Shown here one piece after another: positions 1-12,822 of a DNA stretch of 64,000 nucleotides (its first letter is position 1; every line of letters begins with the position of its first letter). A program made the translations under genes and the position numbers. Under the pieces are notes generated by a model. That model was not told the origin of the DNA. It did not search any database and saw only the letters and a list, made by a program, of their open reading frames with translations. The stretch comes from Escherichia phage ECO07P1: sequence record OP172784; one strand, given 5' to 3'.

Positions 1-516
1 TATAGCAGCAGACATCAGTACAATTTTAATATCCCTTTTAAACGGAATATCATTTCCAAACTGCTCGTACATAGTTGTATTAAAATGAGGTTGAAAATAT
101 GGAAGAATCTGTTCAACTATTTGAAACATATCGTCTTCGTAGCGAGTAAAGATACTCAATTCATAAATCATTTTAATAGGAGATGGATTATACTGCGATA
201 CTACAGAAGTTGCGCCTTTTTGCAGTAAATTCTGATTTAAAATGTTTGTTTTAAATGGAGCATTATAGCTAAAATCAACTAAATGTAAATTTATACGAGG
301 TAGAATAGTTTCAACTTTAGCTACATCTTCTTGCGAATTTATCGATGTCCATTTATTTAATTTCATCATGAAGTGTTCCTTTGATGCATACGTAATAGGA
401 ACACGTATAAACTTATCACCAGATTCTAACTGACGTTTGATTTGGATATTTGAAAACAAATCGCCCATCAAGGTAGCATATCGTCTAAAAGACGAATTAT
501 AAAAATAACCAAACAT
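1..516 (-). CDS. 15: tail sheath stabilizer/terminator gp15, N-terminal 172 codons (gene runs off window start)
   Basis: Minus-strand ORF from ATG (complement of 514-516, SD aggag) to position 1; N-terminus MFGYFYNSSFRRYATLMG matches remembered T4 gp15; follows gp14. Confidence 0.85.
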   Translation of the reverse strand, partial: MFGYFYNSSFRRYATLMGDLFSNIQIKRQLESGDKFIRVPITYASKEHFMMKLNKWTSINSQEDVAKVETILPRINLHLVDFSYNAPFKTNILNQNLLQKGATSVVSQYNPSPIKMIYELSIFTRYEDDMFQIVEQILPYFQPHFNTTMYEQFGNDIPFKRDIKIVLMSAAI

Positions 517-557
517 GATTTCTCCTAATCTGGGCTTTAATTAGTTTATAATATTTA

Positions 558-2259
<1,702 letters not shown>

Positions 2260-2271
2260 TTAAAATCCTTT

Positions 2272-2286
2272 GGGGCCTTGCGGCCC
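2272..2286 (-). other. intergenic GC hairpin (5-bp stem, GCAA loop on the minus transcript) between wac and gene 13
   Basis: gggcc-ttgc-ggccc palindrome in the 30-nt gap; no U-tract follows on the minus transcript. Confidence 0.3.
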
Positions 2287-2289
2287 ATG

Positions 2290-3753
2290 TTATGCTGGTG
2301 ATAAAAAGGTAGAAAGCAATACCCATTCGCCGTCTTTACGAACGTAAGCTTGGCCATCTTTTGGAGCTTCAGGAATATAACCTGCTTCTTGTAGAGCTTG
2401 AACATCACCTTGCAGAGAAGATATACTGCCTTTGGCTGTATTCACTTCTTGTGTAACTGATGCAATGTTGGTTTCGTTAGCTTTTATTGAATTGGTTAAT
2501 CCACGTTCTTCGACAGTTGAACCGTTTGGATTAGTTCCATTTACTAAAGTATTTAACGCTACAACTTGCCCTTTAATTCCTGTGCTGTTATTACCAATCT
2601 CTACTTGTAGGTTTTGAACATCATTATTCAAGCCTGAAACAGAAGTTTCAATTGTAGAAACTCGGTTTAAAAGAGACCCAGGAGGAGAAGGTTGTCCACC
2701 GCTAGAATCAGTTCCAACAATTTGGTTTAACCATGAAACATTCGCTCTTAAACCGGATGAAGTGTTTTCACCTACAATTCCGTTTAGAGCTTCGATTGAA
2801 GTTGTATTATCTTTAATTTGTCCTTTAATACTCGAAGGAATATCATCTGAACCGATAGAAGTTTCTATAGCGGTTAAACGCTGTTTAATACCTCCACTTT
2901 GATTTAGCTCTAAATTAATAGATGCAATATTATCAGTGTTTGTATTAACACTCGTGATAATCGAATTATTTCCTGGATATCCTATTGAGGTCTTAATAGC
3001 ACTAATGTCAGATTCAAATGTTGTCTGTTTAGTGTCAATTTCATTTAAACGACTATAAACGTTTTGTGAAAATGATGGCGGTTTCGGTCCAAGCTCTTCA
3101 CGAAGATTACCAACTTCAATAGTCAAAGAACCTACATCAGATTCAATAAATTTTGTTTCTAATTCGCTTAAACGTATTCCCTGTGAAGTAATGGCATCAG
3201 TATTATTAATAATGCGATGCTTCATTCCACTACTAGGATTTCCTACAACAGGAAGACCATTAATATCTTGACCTGCGTATTGTCCAAGTTCACGCTTTAT
3301 CCACAGTAAATCATTTCTGATTGTTCTGTATACAGAGTTGGCCTCAGAGTTAAATGGACCAATATCAGCAAGAATACTGTCAACCGTACTATTAGTTCCA
3401 TTTAATATTTCTGTATGTTCACTGGTTAGCGTTTTGAGGTCAGAAATATCCTTTTTATTGATACCTATTTGGGCCAAAGCTTCAATATCACCAGATACAT
3501 CTAAGATGCCCTGAATTGTTTTAATATCACTATTTGCGGTTTCTAAAGATGTTTTAAGTATTCCAATATTTTTATCAAGAACTTCAACATTTCTTAGTAC
3601 AGAAACTGTAGGTCTATTCATTGAACCTTCGCTTCCATACTGCGTGTCAGCTCCTAATATTTCTTCGCCGTTTTTAATCCAGGAAATGCGGCTCTGGCCC
3701 TCTGCAGGAGAGCCGTCAACGAATGGTAAGTCATTCAGTACAATATCTGTCAT
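2290..3753 (-). CDS. wac: fibritin (whisker antigen control)
   Basis: 487 aa; coiled-coil heptads; C-terminal foldon [27 protein letters not shown]. Confidence 0.95.
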   Translation of the reverse strand: MTDIVLNDLPFVDGSPAEGQSRISWIKNGEEILGADTQYGSEGSMNRPTVSVLRNVEVLDKNIGILKTSLETANSDIKTIQGILDVSGDIEALAQIGINKKDISDLKTLTSEHTEILNGTNSTVDSILADIGPFNSEANSVYRTIRNDLLWIKRELGQYAGQDINGLPVVGNPSSGMKHRIINNTDAITSQGIRLSELETKFIESDVGSLTIEVGNLREELGPKPPSFSQNVYSRLNEIDTKQTTFESDISAIKTSIGYPGNNSIITSVNTNTDNIASINLELNQSGGIKQRLTAIETSIGSDDIPSSIKGQIKDNTTSIEALNGIVGENTSSGLRANVSWLNQIVGTDSSGGQPSPPGSLLNRVSTIETSVSGLNNDVQNLQVEIGNNSTGIKGQVVALNTLVNGTNPNGSTVEERGLTNSIKANETNIASVTQEVNTAKGSISSLQGDVQALQEAGYIPEAPKDGQAYVRKDGEWVLLSTFLSPA

Positions 3754-5333
3754 TCTTTTACCTTAATTATGTAGTTTAAAGAAATGTTCCATGGACGTGT
3801 TTCATTTCCAATTAATTCAGGACGATTTAGTGTATATTTGGAATTTCGTTGTGATGCTGGGTCAATTTCATATCCGTCATTGGTGAAGTATGAATGGTTA
3901 TCCCAGTCAAGTCCTTTACGTGTACCAACAAAATTTGATCTACGAGTATTACCGAATGCCCCAGAATCATCAGCCTCACCAAATCCGCCAGCGTGTTTAT
4001 GATAAGACATCTGCTGTTTTTGTACTTCACCGACATATCCACCGGTACAACCTACACCTAATCTAGGCTTACCAAATTGGTCATTACCATTAACATTTGG
4101 ATTCGTTAAGTGAGAGCCACGACCAGAGCCACGAACAAAAAGACCACGCATGTCAGGCAATCCAGGATTTGATGAGCTTCCGCCATATCTTGTTCCAATT
4201 CTAGAAGCATATAATGGGCAATCTGACGCAGAAACAGTTCCACCATGACAGAAGCGCCAAGCATCACTAGGAAGACTATCTGCCGCCCACATCATAATAG
4301 CTCCGACAGGAATAGTTCTATCTATTTCATTCTGCGTTACAACACGCTTACCTTGAATATAACCACCGGTCATGTTAACTGTTCCGGTAATATTTGCTCC
4401 GCCTGAAGCTATTGTAAGCGTATTATTAATACGAAGTGTTCCATTAATCGTTTGACCACCTCTTTGGTGGATAACGTCAGCATTCCAAGCTAGTGCTGAT
4501 GAAGCATCACCTCCGCTCTGTGAACCGGCGGTTGTAGTTAATTTAACCACGCCTCTCATTGACGTTGTAGAACCACGACCATTAAGAGTTGCGCCAGTAA
4601 CCGCAACAGAAGCATTATTTGAGTTAACTTCTGATTGTGTTCCTAATTTAATTACGCCTTTATATTCTTCAGTAGCAGTAGAATTCATTAGCGTATAAGG
4701 AGAAATTGCATAGCCTTCTCTTAAGGTTCCTTGACGAACTTGAGCTACTGTCGCTAATTGAACAACGCCTTGGTCCGATTCGGTAGCTGTGGTTTCAGAA
4801 GGAGCGATTTGCGCAATTAGTTTAATAGCTAACTGCTGCGTTTTTAATGGAGTCATTGCAGTAGTATCATCTGCGCCAGCTAATGCTTGCGGTAGAGATG
4901 AAATTTTAATAACACCATTCGAGGATTCAGTTGAAACACGAGTTTCAAACGCATTATTAAGAGCAACAGTAAATTTAGCTGGAGTTATAGAAGATTCGTT
5001 ATTAACTCCGGCAATGGCTTCATCATTGGTTGAATATCTTGTTAATCCGTAAACAGTTTCAGTTGCATTTGGATAAGATAATCTTGTTGCCAACGTTGCT
5101 GGTGTAACTGCTTTGGTATTATTAGTTCCATCTATAACTTCCTGTTCAGTGGCAAGAAATAAAATTCCCTTTGTTGTTGACGATGCATCAGGAACTCCAT
5201 TTACGCCAGCAGGAGAAATGGCTGCTATAGCAGCCTGAACATCAGTAATCTCTGGTGGAAAATTCGTATCGGTAGGATCAAATTTTACATAACGAGATTC
5301 ATTAGAAACGTGTTGATATGTATTATTACTCAT
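3750..5333 (-). CDS. 12: short tail fiber gp12
   Basis: 527 aa; length and synteny as T4 gp12. Confidence 0.9.
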   Translation of the reverse strand: MSNNTYQHVSNESRYVKFDPTDTNFPPEITDVQAAIAAISPAGVNGVPDASSTTKGILFLATEQEVIDGTNNTKAVTPATLATRLSYPNATETVYGLTRYSTNDEAIAGVNNESSITPAKFTVALNNAFETRVSTESSNGVIKISSLPQALAGADDTTAMTPLKTQQLAIKLIAQIAPSETTATESDQGVVQLATVAQVRQGTLREGYAISPYTLMNSTATEEYKGVIKLGTQSEVNSNNASVAVTGATLNGRGSTTSMRGVVKLTTTAGSQSGGDASSALAWNADVIHQRGGQTINGTLRINNTLTIASGGANITGTVNMTGGYIQGKRVVTQNEIDRTIPVGAIMMWAADSLPSDAWRFCHGGTVSASDCPLYASRIGTRYGGSSSNPGLPDMRGLFVRGSGRGSHLTNPNVNGNDQFGKPRLGVGCTGGYVGEVQKQQMSYHKHAGGFGEADDSGAFGNTRRSNFVGTRKGLDWDNHSYFTNDGYEIDPASQRNSKYTLNRPELIGNETRPWNISLNYIIKVKE

Positions 5334-5989
5334 GCTGTTCTCTCAAAATGATAAAATACTGTAGGAGTATGCTGATTATCTAAAGTTACCGTTTGTGCGC
5401 CTAATAAATTCCATGTACCGTAGCCAGGTTTAGACTCAGAAATAATTTCCTGCGAAATAGTTATTCCATATGTAGAATATGTGCTTAATACATGTTTTTG
5501 ATTATCTAAATAAGTAACTTCTAATTTACTACCATCTGTTGGATGGTCTTTATATGAGTTGATAGCAGTAAATGACGCAATAGCTTCTTGAAGGGCAACA
5601 CGAACTTTGGCGACAAACTCAATAGCTGTCATTCCAGTTGTTGCTGAAACTGGAAGACCGAATACTAATACAGTAACAGGAGAACCAGGAGGAAGCGAAT
5701 CATCTGTTACAGTTCCCGAAAATGCCCAATAATCAGTTTGAGAAACACCCTCAGGAGAAACACCAGTTTTATTAGTAATAATTGTACCAACGTCTTTTAT
5801 AGAAAAATTATGAACATCATTAATAGCTGATTCTACGTTTGGTTCATAAAATCCTTTCGCTAATTGAGAAATTGTCACTGACCCAACTGATTGACGATTC
5901 ATTACATCGATGTCACCAGTTTTAGGTCTAAAACCAAGAAAATCGGCTAAGCGGGAAATAACTCCCGCTTTATTATTAAGTAAACTCAT
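5330..5989 (-). CDS. 11: baseplate wedge/short-fiber attachment protein gp11
   Basis: Start set at [10 protein letters not shown] (219 aa) overlapping the gp10 stop as TAATG; track ORF begins 18 nt upstream. Confidence 0.85.
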   Translation of the reverse strand: MSLLNNKAGVISRLADFLGFRPKTGDIDVMNRQSVGSVTISQLAKGFYEPNVESAINDVHNFSIKDVGTIITNKTGVSPEGVSQTDYWAFSGTVTDDSLPPGSPVTVLVFGLPVSATTGMTAIEFVAKVRVALQEAIASFTAINSYKDHPTDGSKLEVTYLDNQKHVLSTYSTYGITISQEIISESKPGYGTWNLLGAQTVTLDNQHTPTVFYHFERTA

Positions 5990-7797
5990 TATGCAATCCT
6001 TATCCAACGATAAACTGTAATATATGGTTGAATGTTAGTTATTGATGTTGGCGGAGTGTGAGTAGAGTTAGTAGATGCTTTAGCTTCACGGTATTTCGTG
6101 TAAACTGGACCGGATTCATCTGGATCGTATTGACATCCACCAACAATGACTGATCCATTTTCATCAACTATTAGAACTTCTTCATCTGTTTCAGTTGCAG
6201 GAAGATTAGCATTTTCCAATGTAACAGAAGTAGAACCGCCTGTTCCACCTGCAGTATGTGAAGGATTTCCACCCGAATCTAAATCGTTGTTATTTAGAGC
6301 AAAGTTAGGGTCCGAAATATCTTCATTCCATCCAACTAAAACTTTTCCTTGCCCAAATAATTTCCATGAGCCGAATCCCATATATGTAACAGGGTTATTT
6401 GGATTAACAGCGTTTTCATATATAGTTCCAATAGGATAAATCGTATCAAAGATATTTGAAACAGCATTAAATTCGCGTTGATAGGATTGAACTGCTTCTA
6501 CATTTGGCCAACCAATTTTATCGAAGTCTGTTAAATTTACATCACCTGAAATATCTACTCCCGGTCCTTGCGATACATAGAGATTATCAGTTTCATCAAT
6601 AATCTCATCTTTTGTTAATAATGTACCTAAATCATTATTAAACCAGGTGATATTGATAATGTCACCATGCTCAAATACTCTATCGAAATGTAAAATTTCC
6701 GGTATGCCGTTTTCGTCAGTTTCAACTGAATAGTCGGTATGAGACTGTTCCCAAGTTCCACCTAAAACAGAGCATTCTACTTCATCGTCTGAATCGGCAC
6801 CAACACAATGAAATAATGGCATTCCAACTGTTCCAGCCAATTCTTGTAAAATTCCATTAAAACGAACCTCAAGAGAATTAGGATTAATAGGTTCACCTGG
6901 AATTAATCCAAAAGCTGAAAATGGAATTGATTTCATTGTTGATAAATCAGTAACGTAAATGCTTCCTTCTAAAGAAGTTTTTGACGTTAATTTTGAATCT
7001 AACAGTCTAATTTGGCGTCTTGTATATGAACTTCTCCATTGTGATACACCATCCATAAATGTTTCAATTTGAACAGTGTCGCCAATATTACAAGGCTGTC
7101 TTAATCGAATATTAAATCCATCAAGAGGAACTAATTCGCCTTCATTTTCGCCCGGAGAGCCAAAATCACTGTTTTCACTAAATACATCGCCGTAATACAA
7201 TTCGTTACCACGATGTTTTACTCTGATGTTATTTACATTATAACTAGTTCCACGGAAAACATCTAAAAAGTCTGTTTGTCCTTGGACTTCGACTAAAAAT
7301 TCTTTACGAGCTACATTACTAATGTCTGAACTGGTAATTTTGTCAATTTGTTTATTTTTGACATATTCCCAACGTCCTGGGGCGCAATACACTAATTCCA
7401 AATCGCTGAATTGAACATTAATTTCAACTGGTACTGCAGAACCTTTAATCGTATCGCCGGAAGCAGCTACTAGCGTAACTGGGTTAACGTTCCATGTAGC
7501 AAATACGTCTCTAGCTCTAATTACTTTGTTGTAATCATTGACAGTTCCTTTTGGAAGATTTATAGTTACTCTTCCAGAAGAGGTATTAATAGCGTATGAT
7601 TTTCCCCATTCGGCTTTTAGTGTTTGGCCAGATGAAGCATCATAAGTTTTCCAGGCACCGGCTGAATATGGAACATCTCCATCACCGAGCTCGTAATAAA
7701 GCTCATCAAAGTTTTCATTTATTTTTATACCACCTTTACGCAGGTAGTCACCGGTACCATCATCAACAACATTACCGATATTAATATTTTGTTTCAT
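5989..7797 (-). CDS. 10: baseplate wedge protein gp10
   Basis: 602 aa; length and synteny. Confidence 0.9.
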   Translation of the reverse strand: MKQNINIGNVVDDGTGDYLRKGGIKINENFDELYYELGDGDVPYSAGAWKTYDASSGQTLKAEWGKSYAINTSSGRVTINLPKGTVNDYNKVIRARDVFATWNVNPVTLVAASGDTIKGSAVPVEINVQFSDLELVYCAPGRWEYVKNKQIDKITSSDISNVARKEFLVEVQGQTDFLDVFRGTSYNVNNIRVKHRGNELYYGDVFSENSDFGSPGENEGELVPLDGFNIRLRQPCNIGDTVQIETFMDGVSQWRSSYTRRQIRLLDSKLTSKTSLEGSIYVTDLSTMKSIPFSAFGLIPGEPINPNSLEVRFNGILQELAGTVGMPLFHCVGADSDDEVECSVLGGTWEQSHTDYSVETDENGIPEILHFDRVFEHGDIINITWFNNDLGTLLTKDEIIDETDNLYVSQGPGVDISGDVNLTDFDKIGWPNVEAVQSYQREFNAVSNIFDTIYPIGTIYENAVNPNNPVTYMGFGSWKLFGQGKVLVGWNEDISDPNFALNNNDLDSGGNPSHTAGGTGGSTSVTLENANLPATETDEEVLIVDENGSVIVGGCQYDPDESGPVYTKYREAKASTNSTHTPPTSITNIQPYITVYRWIRIA

Positions 7798-8663
7798 TAT
7801 TGAGCCACCCCGATTTTCTGCGTAGCGATAACTTTAACTGCTGCTCTCATACCGACAGTTGAAGAACTTATAGTCGCCGTTACATAATTTTCTTTAATAC
7901 TAAATGCAATATTAGCGATTTCGTCTTCTTCGGTTTCATTCCCAACTCGCATGACAGCATATTCAGAAGAAATGACCTCTGAATTAACAGTATCCACAAG
8001 AATATTTATTTCTGCCGTTTTAATTTTTCTTCCATCTACTGATTGGCATGTAACTAACAATTTAGCCATGTTATATTCAGTACGATGAAATAGTGGAATA
8101 TCAACTGATCCGGATGTAGAAATATTCCATGTACCTTCAGCAGGTGATTCCTTTTGACCAAACATACTTTCAATAGAATAATTCCACACCGATGTAGAAT
8201 TATCAGATGAAATACAACGTAAAGTTACTTTACTATATGGGCTAGTTACTACTAAATTACCTGAAACACCTTTAATTGAATCAATGGCTTGAATTGTTAA
8301 AGGATTAGTAACTGATATTGATCCATTTGAGTTAATAAATTCAACACAATCACCAAGTTCGCCTCTTTCAATGATAACTTTAACACCTACAGTAGAGGTA
8401 TCAATATCATGTCTAGTGCCAACTTTCACTGGAGTTGCGTACTCTGCAATAGAGTGTTTTTGATAATATCCAGTAGCATGGATAATTTGACCATCTGCTC
8501 CAGTGCCATTTGCTACTGCCATTTTGCGCTGATCGCCAAACGCATTATAAATTGCGTTAAAATCACTATTAATTTTATTACCACCGTCGAATAAGATATC
8601 ACCAGTAGAAGCGTTACCAATTTCGCCGGTATCAATCAATTTCTTTGGTTCTTGAATGAACAT
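7797..8663 (-). CDS. 9: baseplate wedge protein gp9 (long tail fiber socket)
   Basis: 288 aa; length and synteny. Confidence 0.9.
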   Translation of the reverse strand: MFIQEPKKLIDTGEIGNASTGDILFDGGNKINSDFNAIYNAFGDQRKMAVANGTGADGQIIHATGYYQKHSIAEYATPVKVGTRHDIDTSTVGVKVIIERGELGDCVEFINSNGSISVTNPLTIQAIDSIKGVSGNLVVTSPYSKVTLRCISSDNSTSVWNYSIESMFGQKESPAEGTWNISTSGSVDIPLFHRTEYNMAKLLVTCQSVDGRKIKTAEINILVDTVNSEVISSEYAVMRVGNETEEDEIANIAFSIKENYVTATISSSTVGMRAAVKVIATQKIGVAQ

Positions 8664-8687
8664 AGCGGTTTCCTTATGAGTTTATAG

Positions 8688-8695
8688 TATTTATA
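8688..8695 (-). promoter_or_regulatory. late promoter TATAAATA for gene 9
   Basis: Exact TATAAATA on minus strand about 25 nt upstream of the gene 9 ATG. Confidence 0.55.
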
Positions 8696-8696
8696 A

Positions 8697-8721
8697 AGAA
8701 AAAGGGAGCCCATGGGCTCCC
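8697..8721 (-). terminator. hairpin plus U-tract after gene 8 (minus strand)
   Basis: gggagcc-catg-ggctccc stem-loop followed by TTTTTC on the minus strand. Confidence 0.5.
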
Positions 8722-8726
8722 TCAAT

Positions 8727-9731
8727 TTAAAATGTAAACAGAATATTGATTTCTTCTGTTTGATCCATTGCCATGATAATAGGTGGCCTATTTTCCATAT
8801 AAATCATTTCGCCCGAATGCCTCATTAAATCTTCCGGATCATAATAATCCTTTTCAGCTTTAACGTTTGGGTCATTTGGATGAGCTTTAGCTTCAAGAGG
8901 ATTCGTGATTATTGATATTTGTCTAAATCCTTTATTTCCTGGCAATGCAGCTTCAGGAAAATAAACTGAATCTAAATATGCTTTAAAACGGATAGTATTT
9001 GCCTTAACCCGATAAATTAATCCAAAATCATCTTGTTGCCAAGTGAGATTATCTTCATACCCCCATCTAGTCGGGTCTTCTTTTAATTCCTCAGGCCAAG
9101 GAACCACAATATATTCATTCGTGCATCTATTTATAGATACATCGGGCGGAATCTCAAAAAGATATTCCCATACATATCCGTCTCCAGGTTCAATTGTTCC
9201 TTCCGCGTCTCCTCGACCTTCAGGAGGAGTCATTGACCTAGCAGAAGGAGTCCATTTTCCACCTAACTTAAGGCATTCATCTTTATCAGTTAAAGATGCT
9301 ATTGAACACATTCCGGTATCAGGAACATCTAAACAACGATATACTAACCAGCCTGCGCCTGATTCGGTAGCATTGTAAGGAGCTGAGTTACACACTACAA
9401 TATCGTTAATTCTAAATGTGTATGGATCCGGATATCTAGTATCTCCCCAATCTCGACGAGGAATAACTGCATCAAGCATAGATGGAAGAACCTTCACGGT
9501 TCCCATCATATGAGTCCACATGTCAGTTACACCTAATACAGAATCGGTGGGATAAGGTGGGGCAAATCCCACCTCATTTTCATTTGATGACCATGGTTCT
9601 GATCTTCCAAATGTGATAAAGATAGTGTTTTTATCCGGACCACTTCCAATTGAATTATAAAAATTCAACATTTTTTCTGTTCTAAATTTTGAAGTAACTA
9701 TCGCACGATAGATAACACTTGAATCATTCAT
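8727..9731 (-). CDS. 8: baseplate wedge protein gp8
   Basis: 334 aa; length and synteny. Confidence 0.9.
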   Translation of the reverse strand: MNDSSVIYRAIVTSKFRTEKMLNFYNSIGSGPDKNTIFITFGRSEPWSSNENEVGFAPPYPTDSVLGVTDMWTHMMGTVKVLPSMLDAVIPRRDWGDTRYPDPYTFRINDIVVCNSAPYNATESGAGWLVYRCLDVPDTGMCSIASLTDKDECLKLGGKWTPSARSMTPPEGRGDAEGTIEPGDGYVWEYLFEIPPDVSINRCTNEYIVVPWPEELKEDPTRWGYEDNLTWQQDDFGLIYRVKANTIRFKAYLDSVYFPEAALPGNKGFRQISIITNPLEAKAHPNDPNVKAEKDYYDPEDLMRHSGEMIYMENRPPIIMAMDQTEEINILFTF

Positions 9732-12700
9732 CTATTTTAACCTGTGTTGGATTTTCAGGGTCTCTTGGATTTCCTATATTATCTTTTAGACGTTTATTAA
9801 CTAAATCTCTAAATTGTGCAAATGTTGTTCCAGATGCGTCAAATAGAGGACTCATTAATTTACGTCGTTCAGATGGCAATTGACCTTGAAATATTGAATT
9901 ATTATTTTCAGCATTATAGTCATCAGGAAGAGGATATTTTACACCAGCCATTGGGCCAGGTTCATAAATTGCTTCGCCTGTTACCGAATCATGCTCAATT
10001 TCACCGGTTGGAGTCAATTTAGCTACTCTATCAGCATATTCAGTAGGCAATCCAGAATCCCATTTATAGTTTTTGTATTTATTAATTATAGTCTCTGTGT
10101 GTTTAAGAGTTAAACCAACATTAATAAACATTGTTAAAAGAGTAATTGCTATAAATCCAAATCCTACCGGATGAACAAAACGAATAACGTCAGATTTCCA
10201 GCGGGAAGAAGGTAAATTGGATTTAATTTTCATTACATAATATGATCGACTTCTATTAATATAGTCTATATTATTTTGAAGCAAATCCTTTCCTTTAACC
10301 CCGCGAATAATTTCGCCTTCAAAACTAGGGAGTCTTTCTGCTTTAACTTCTTGACCGGCAATTAATCTTCCTAAAAGATTATGAATAGTTACAGTCCATT
10401 GCAATTTACCATTAGAATAGCTTCTTTCTATATAAGTAACATTACATCTTCCTGTAGCTGTATAAATTGTTTGTCCTACTAAGTCTTCAGTCAAAGAATC
10501 AGATTGAACGATTATATCATATTCAGTACCAGCCCCAGATTCAATTTCAATTTCAACTTCTTCATTATAAAGAACTTTAAAAAGAAATTTGTATGATGCT
10601 TCAATTCCTTTAGTGGAATAAAAATCATAGCTGCGTGATTCGAAAAATCTTGCAACAGCATCGCGTTTGTCAGCATTCAAATAAATGTTTCTTTTATATA
10701 TCTCTGACCACAAATATTCCCATGCATGCTCTTCTCGTGGATATTTGTTACGAATTAAATTTCGTAAATTGTTATACTGAGTTCCATATCCATCAGAGAG
10801 ATACTGAATATATGCTTCACAAAATGCCTCAAAATTCGAATCCTGTAACAAATAAGAATCAGGCATCATTGTGCCAATCAATGGTCTTAAATCAGGGTCA
10901 GCTAATCCACGCTCTTCTTCGGGCGACCAAGGAGTTTCATGCTCTTGGTTTTGTAAAAATGCTTTTAAAAATACTTCAGTTGGCTTCCAAATAATTTCGA
11001 CAGTGTCTCTAACACGATAGTTAAAATCATAGTAAGAAATTATTTCACCGGAGGCTTTATAGAAAAGCATCCCAGATGCATATTTTTTAAATCCAGTGAA
11101 TTTAACATTTGGCATTACTATAGTGCAATCGCCATCATCCCAGTATTCATGAACTAATCTATCTGGTGATGTTTCAGGAATATTTTCTATAACTTTAGTG
11201 TATTTTAAATCAGCATAAACTACTACAACCCTGTCAGAGTTGTTTATCCAACAGCGTGTGTTAGATTTTTTAGACCAGTTAAAGAATGGTTCAGCGTAGT
11301 ATTTCATCGGCTGAGGAGTAAAAGTTTCCCAATCAGACTTTTCATCTGCTATAAATGCCATCATATGATAATGCTTATCAGCTAACCATTCACGAGGAAA
11401 TTCATATTTAACAGCACCGATTAACTGATATTTTGCTGCAGTTTCAGGGTCATTAACAACATTATCACTTAAAAATTTAAAATTACTCGATGATAGAGAA
11501 ACTAATTTACCATCAGTTGACATATTCGCATACCCTGGTTGAATACGTCTTCTTTCTTCTTCAGTGTTGCCAAAAACTCTTTTCCATGTTTTTGTGTCAT
11601 GATTTAAAACATATATTCCTTTATCAGCAGAATCAATTATTTTTGATGTTCTAGGATTAGCATTTAATGTTTCAACTTCACCAATAATAAGAGCAAAAAC
11701 TTTATCACCGACAGAATCCATTTTATAGCATACTGCTTTAGGATTTCCAGTTATAGTCATAGTATCAGGTTCAAAAAGCCTTTCCGAATATGTCGGAGAT
11801 AATGGATCAGAATCTATAGGTGCATTACTCGTTTTTATGTATCTAACTTTATCTCTGGCGACAACGTAAATGTAATCATCGGTGCAAGTAATAGCTTCTG
11901 CAATACGGTATACATTAGCTGGTAAAGTCGCGTAAGTGGCAAAAATTTCTACATCAAATCCTAGATGTAATTGGTCACCGAGTTTAGCGAATGTTATATC
12001 CTGAGAACTAAATCTGACATCATCAGCTGACCATCTAACATCAGTCGATTTGCGGCCATAGAAAATCTTGTCGTATCCTAGAACGTATGTTGTGTTCGCA
12101 GATTGGTAATATACTGTCTTAGATAAAGGATATCCTACGCGGTCATTGAAGAGCTTTACAGCTTTCCAGGTTTGTCCTTTATCATTGGATACTTTAACTA
12201 CAGGTTGATAACGCTCAAAAAGATATAGAATCCCTTCTGATTCCATCAAATAAACTCGGTTAATATCCTTACATACTTGCTGAATAGAACCTTGTATTTC
12301 ATGATACTCATTTTCACCAATAATAAAATTACTTATTGATGAAACGTCAACATATGATGGGCTGAACTGAAATGATTCATTCATTAATGCAGCCATTATA
12401 GTGTCATTATTAAAATTAACATAATCAGAATTATTAAGAGTAAATTTTTCCTGAATGAATTTATTAGCTAATTGCATTTCAATCATGTTTTGAAATGTAT
12501 AAGCATTTGTAGCAAAAGTTTCAAACTCTTCGGTATAAATCCAATCAGACTGCTCAAAATCTTGTGCAGCTGTAGCTACTCTAATAACGTATGATGTCAA
12601 TGGGTCAGCATCATCAAAAAAGAAGCTGTTATTTGCAGTATATCCTAAGTTAATCCATCTGTATTGATTACTCGGGAGATTTTTCCCCGAGTTTGTTTTT

Positions 12701-12822
12701 GTCTCAGCGATTTCTACAAAATAGTAGAAATTAGCACCAACGTCATCCCAGCGTACTTGCACCTGATTTGCGGATAACTTGGAAATTCTGAGACTAGTGA
12801 CTGAAGGTGCTTTTACTGTCAT
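9724..12822 (-). CDS. 7: baseplate wedge protein gp7
   Basis: 1032 aa; length and synteny. Confidence 0.9.
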   Translation of the reverse strand: MTVKAPSVTSLRISKLSANQVQVRWDDVGANFYYFVEIAETKTNSGKNLPSNQYRWINLGYTANNSFFFDDADPLTSYVIRVATAAQDFEQSDWIYTEEFETFATNAYTFQNMIEMQLANKFIQEKFTLNNSDYVNFNNDTIMAALMNESFQFSPSYVDVSSISNFIIGENEYHEIQGSIQQVCKDINRVYLMESEGILYLFERYQPVVKVSNDKGQTWKAVKLFNDRVGYPLSKTVYYQSANTTYVLGYDKIFYGRKSTDVRWSADDVRFSSQDITFAKLGDQLHLGFDVEIFATYATLPANVYRIAEAITCTDDYIYVVARDKVRYIKTSNAPIDSDPLSPTYSERLFEPDTMTITGNPKAVCYKMDSVGDKVFALIIGEVETLNANPRTSKIIDSADKGIYVLNHDTKTWKRVFGNTEEERRRIQPGYANMSTDGKLVSLSSSNFKFLSDNVVNDPETAAKYQLIGAVKYEFPREWLADKHYHMMAFIADEKSDWETFTPQPMKYYAEPFFNWSKKSNTRCWINNSDRVVVVYADLKYTKVIENIPETSPDRLVHEYWDDGDCTIVMPNVKFTGFKKYASGMLFYKASGEIISYYDFNYRVRDTVEIIWKPTEVFLKAFLQNQEHETPWSPEEERGLADPDLRPLIGTMMPDSYLLQDSNFEAFCEAYIQYLSDGYGTQYNNLRNLIRNKYPREEHAWEYLWSEIYKRNIYLNADKRDAVARFFESRSYDFYSTKGIEASYKFLFKVLYNEEVEIEIESGAGTEYDIIVQSDSLTEDLVGQTIYTATGRCNVTYIERSYSNGKLQWTVTIHNLLGRLIAGQEVKAERLPSFEGEIIRGVKGKDLLQNNIDYINRSRSYYVMKIKSNLPSSRWKSDVIRFVHPVGFGFIAITLLTMFINVGLTLKHTETIINKYKNYKWDSGLPTEYADRVAKLTPTGEIEHDSVTGEAIYEPGPMAGVKYPLPDDYNAENNNSIFQGQLPSERRKLMSPLFDASGTTFAQFRDLVNKRLKDNIGNPRDPENPTQVKIDE

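Noticed and set aside
5951-5968. Hairpin gcggga-aataac-tcccgc near the gene 10/11 junction
   Set aside because: Lies inside gene 11 coding sequence downstream of its start; no adjacent regulatory signal.
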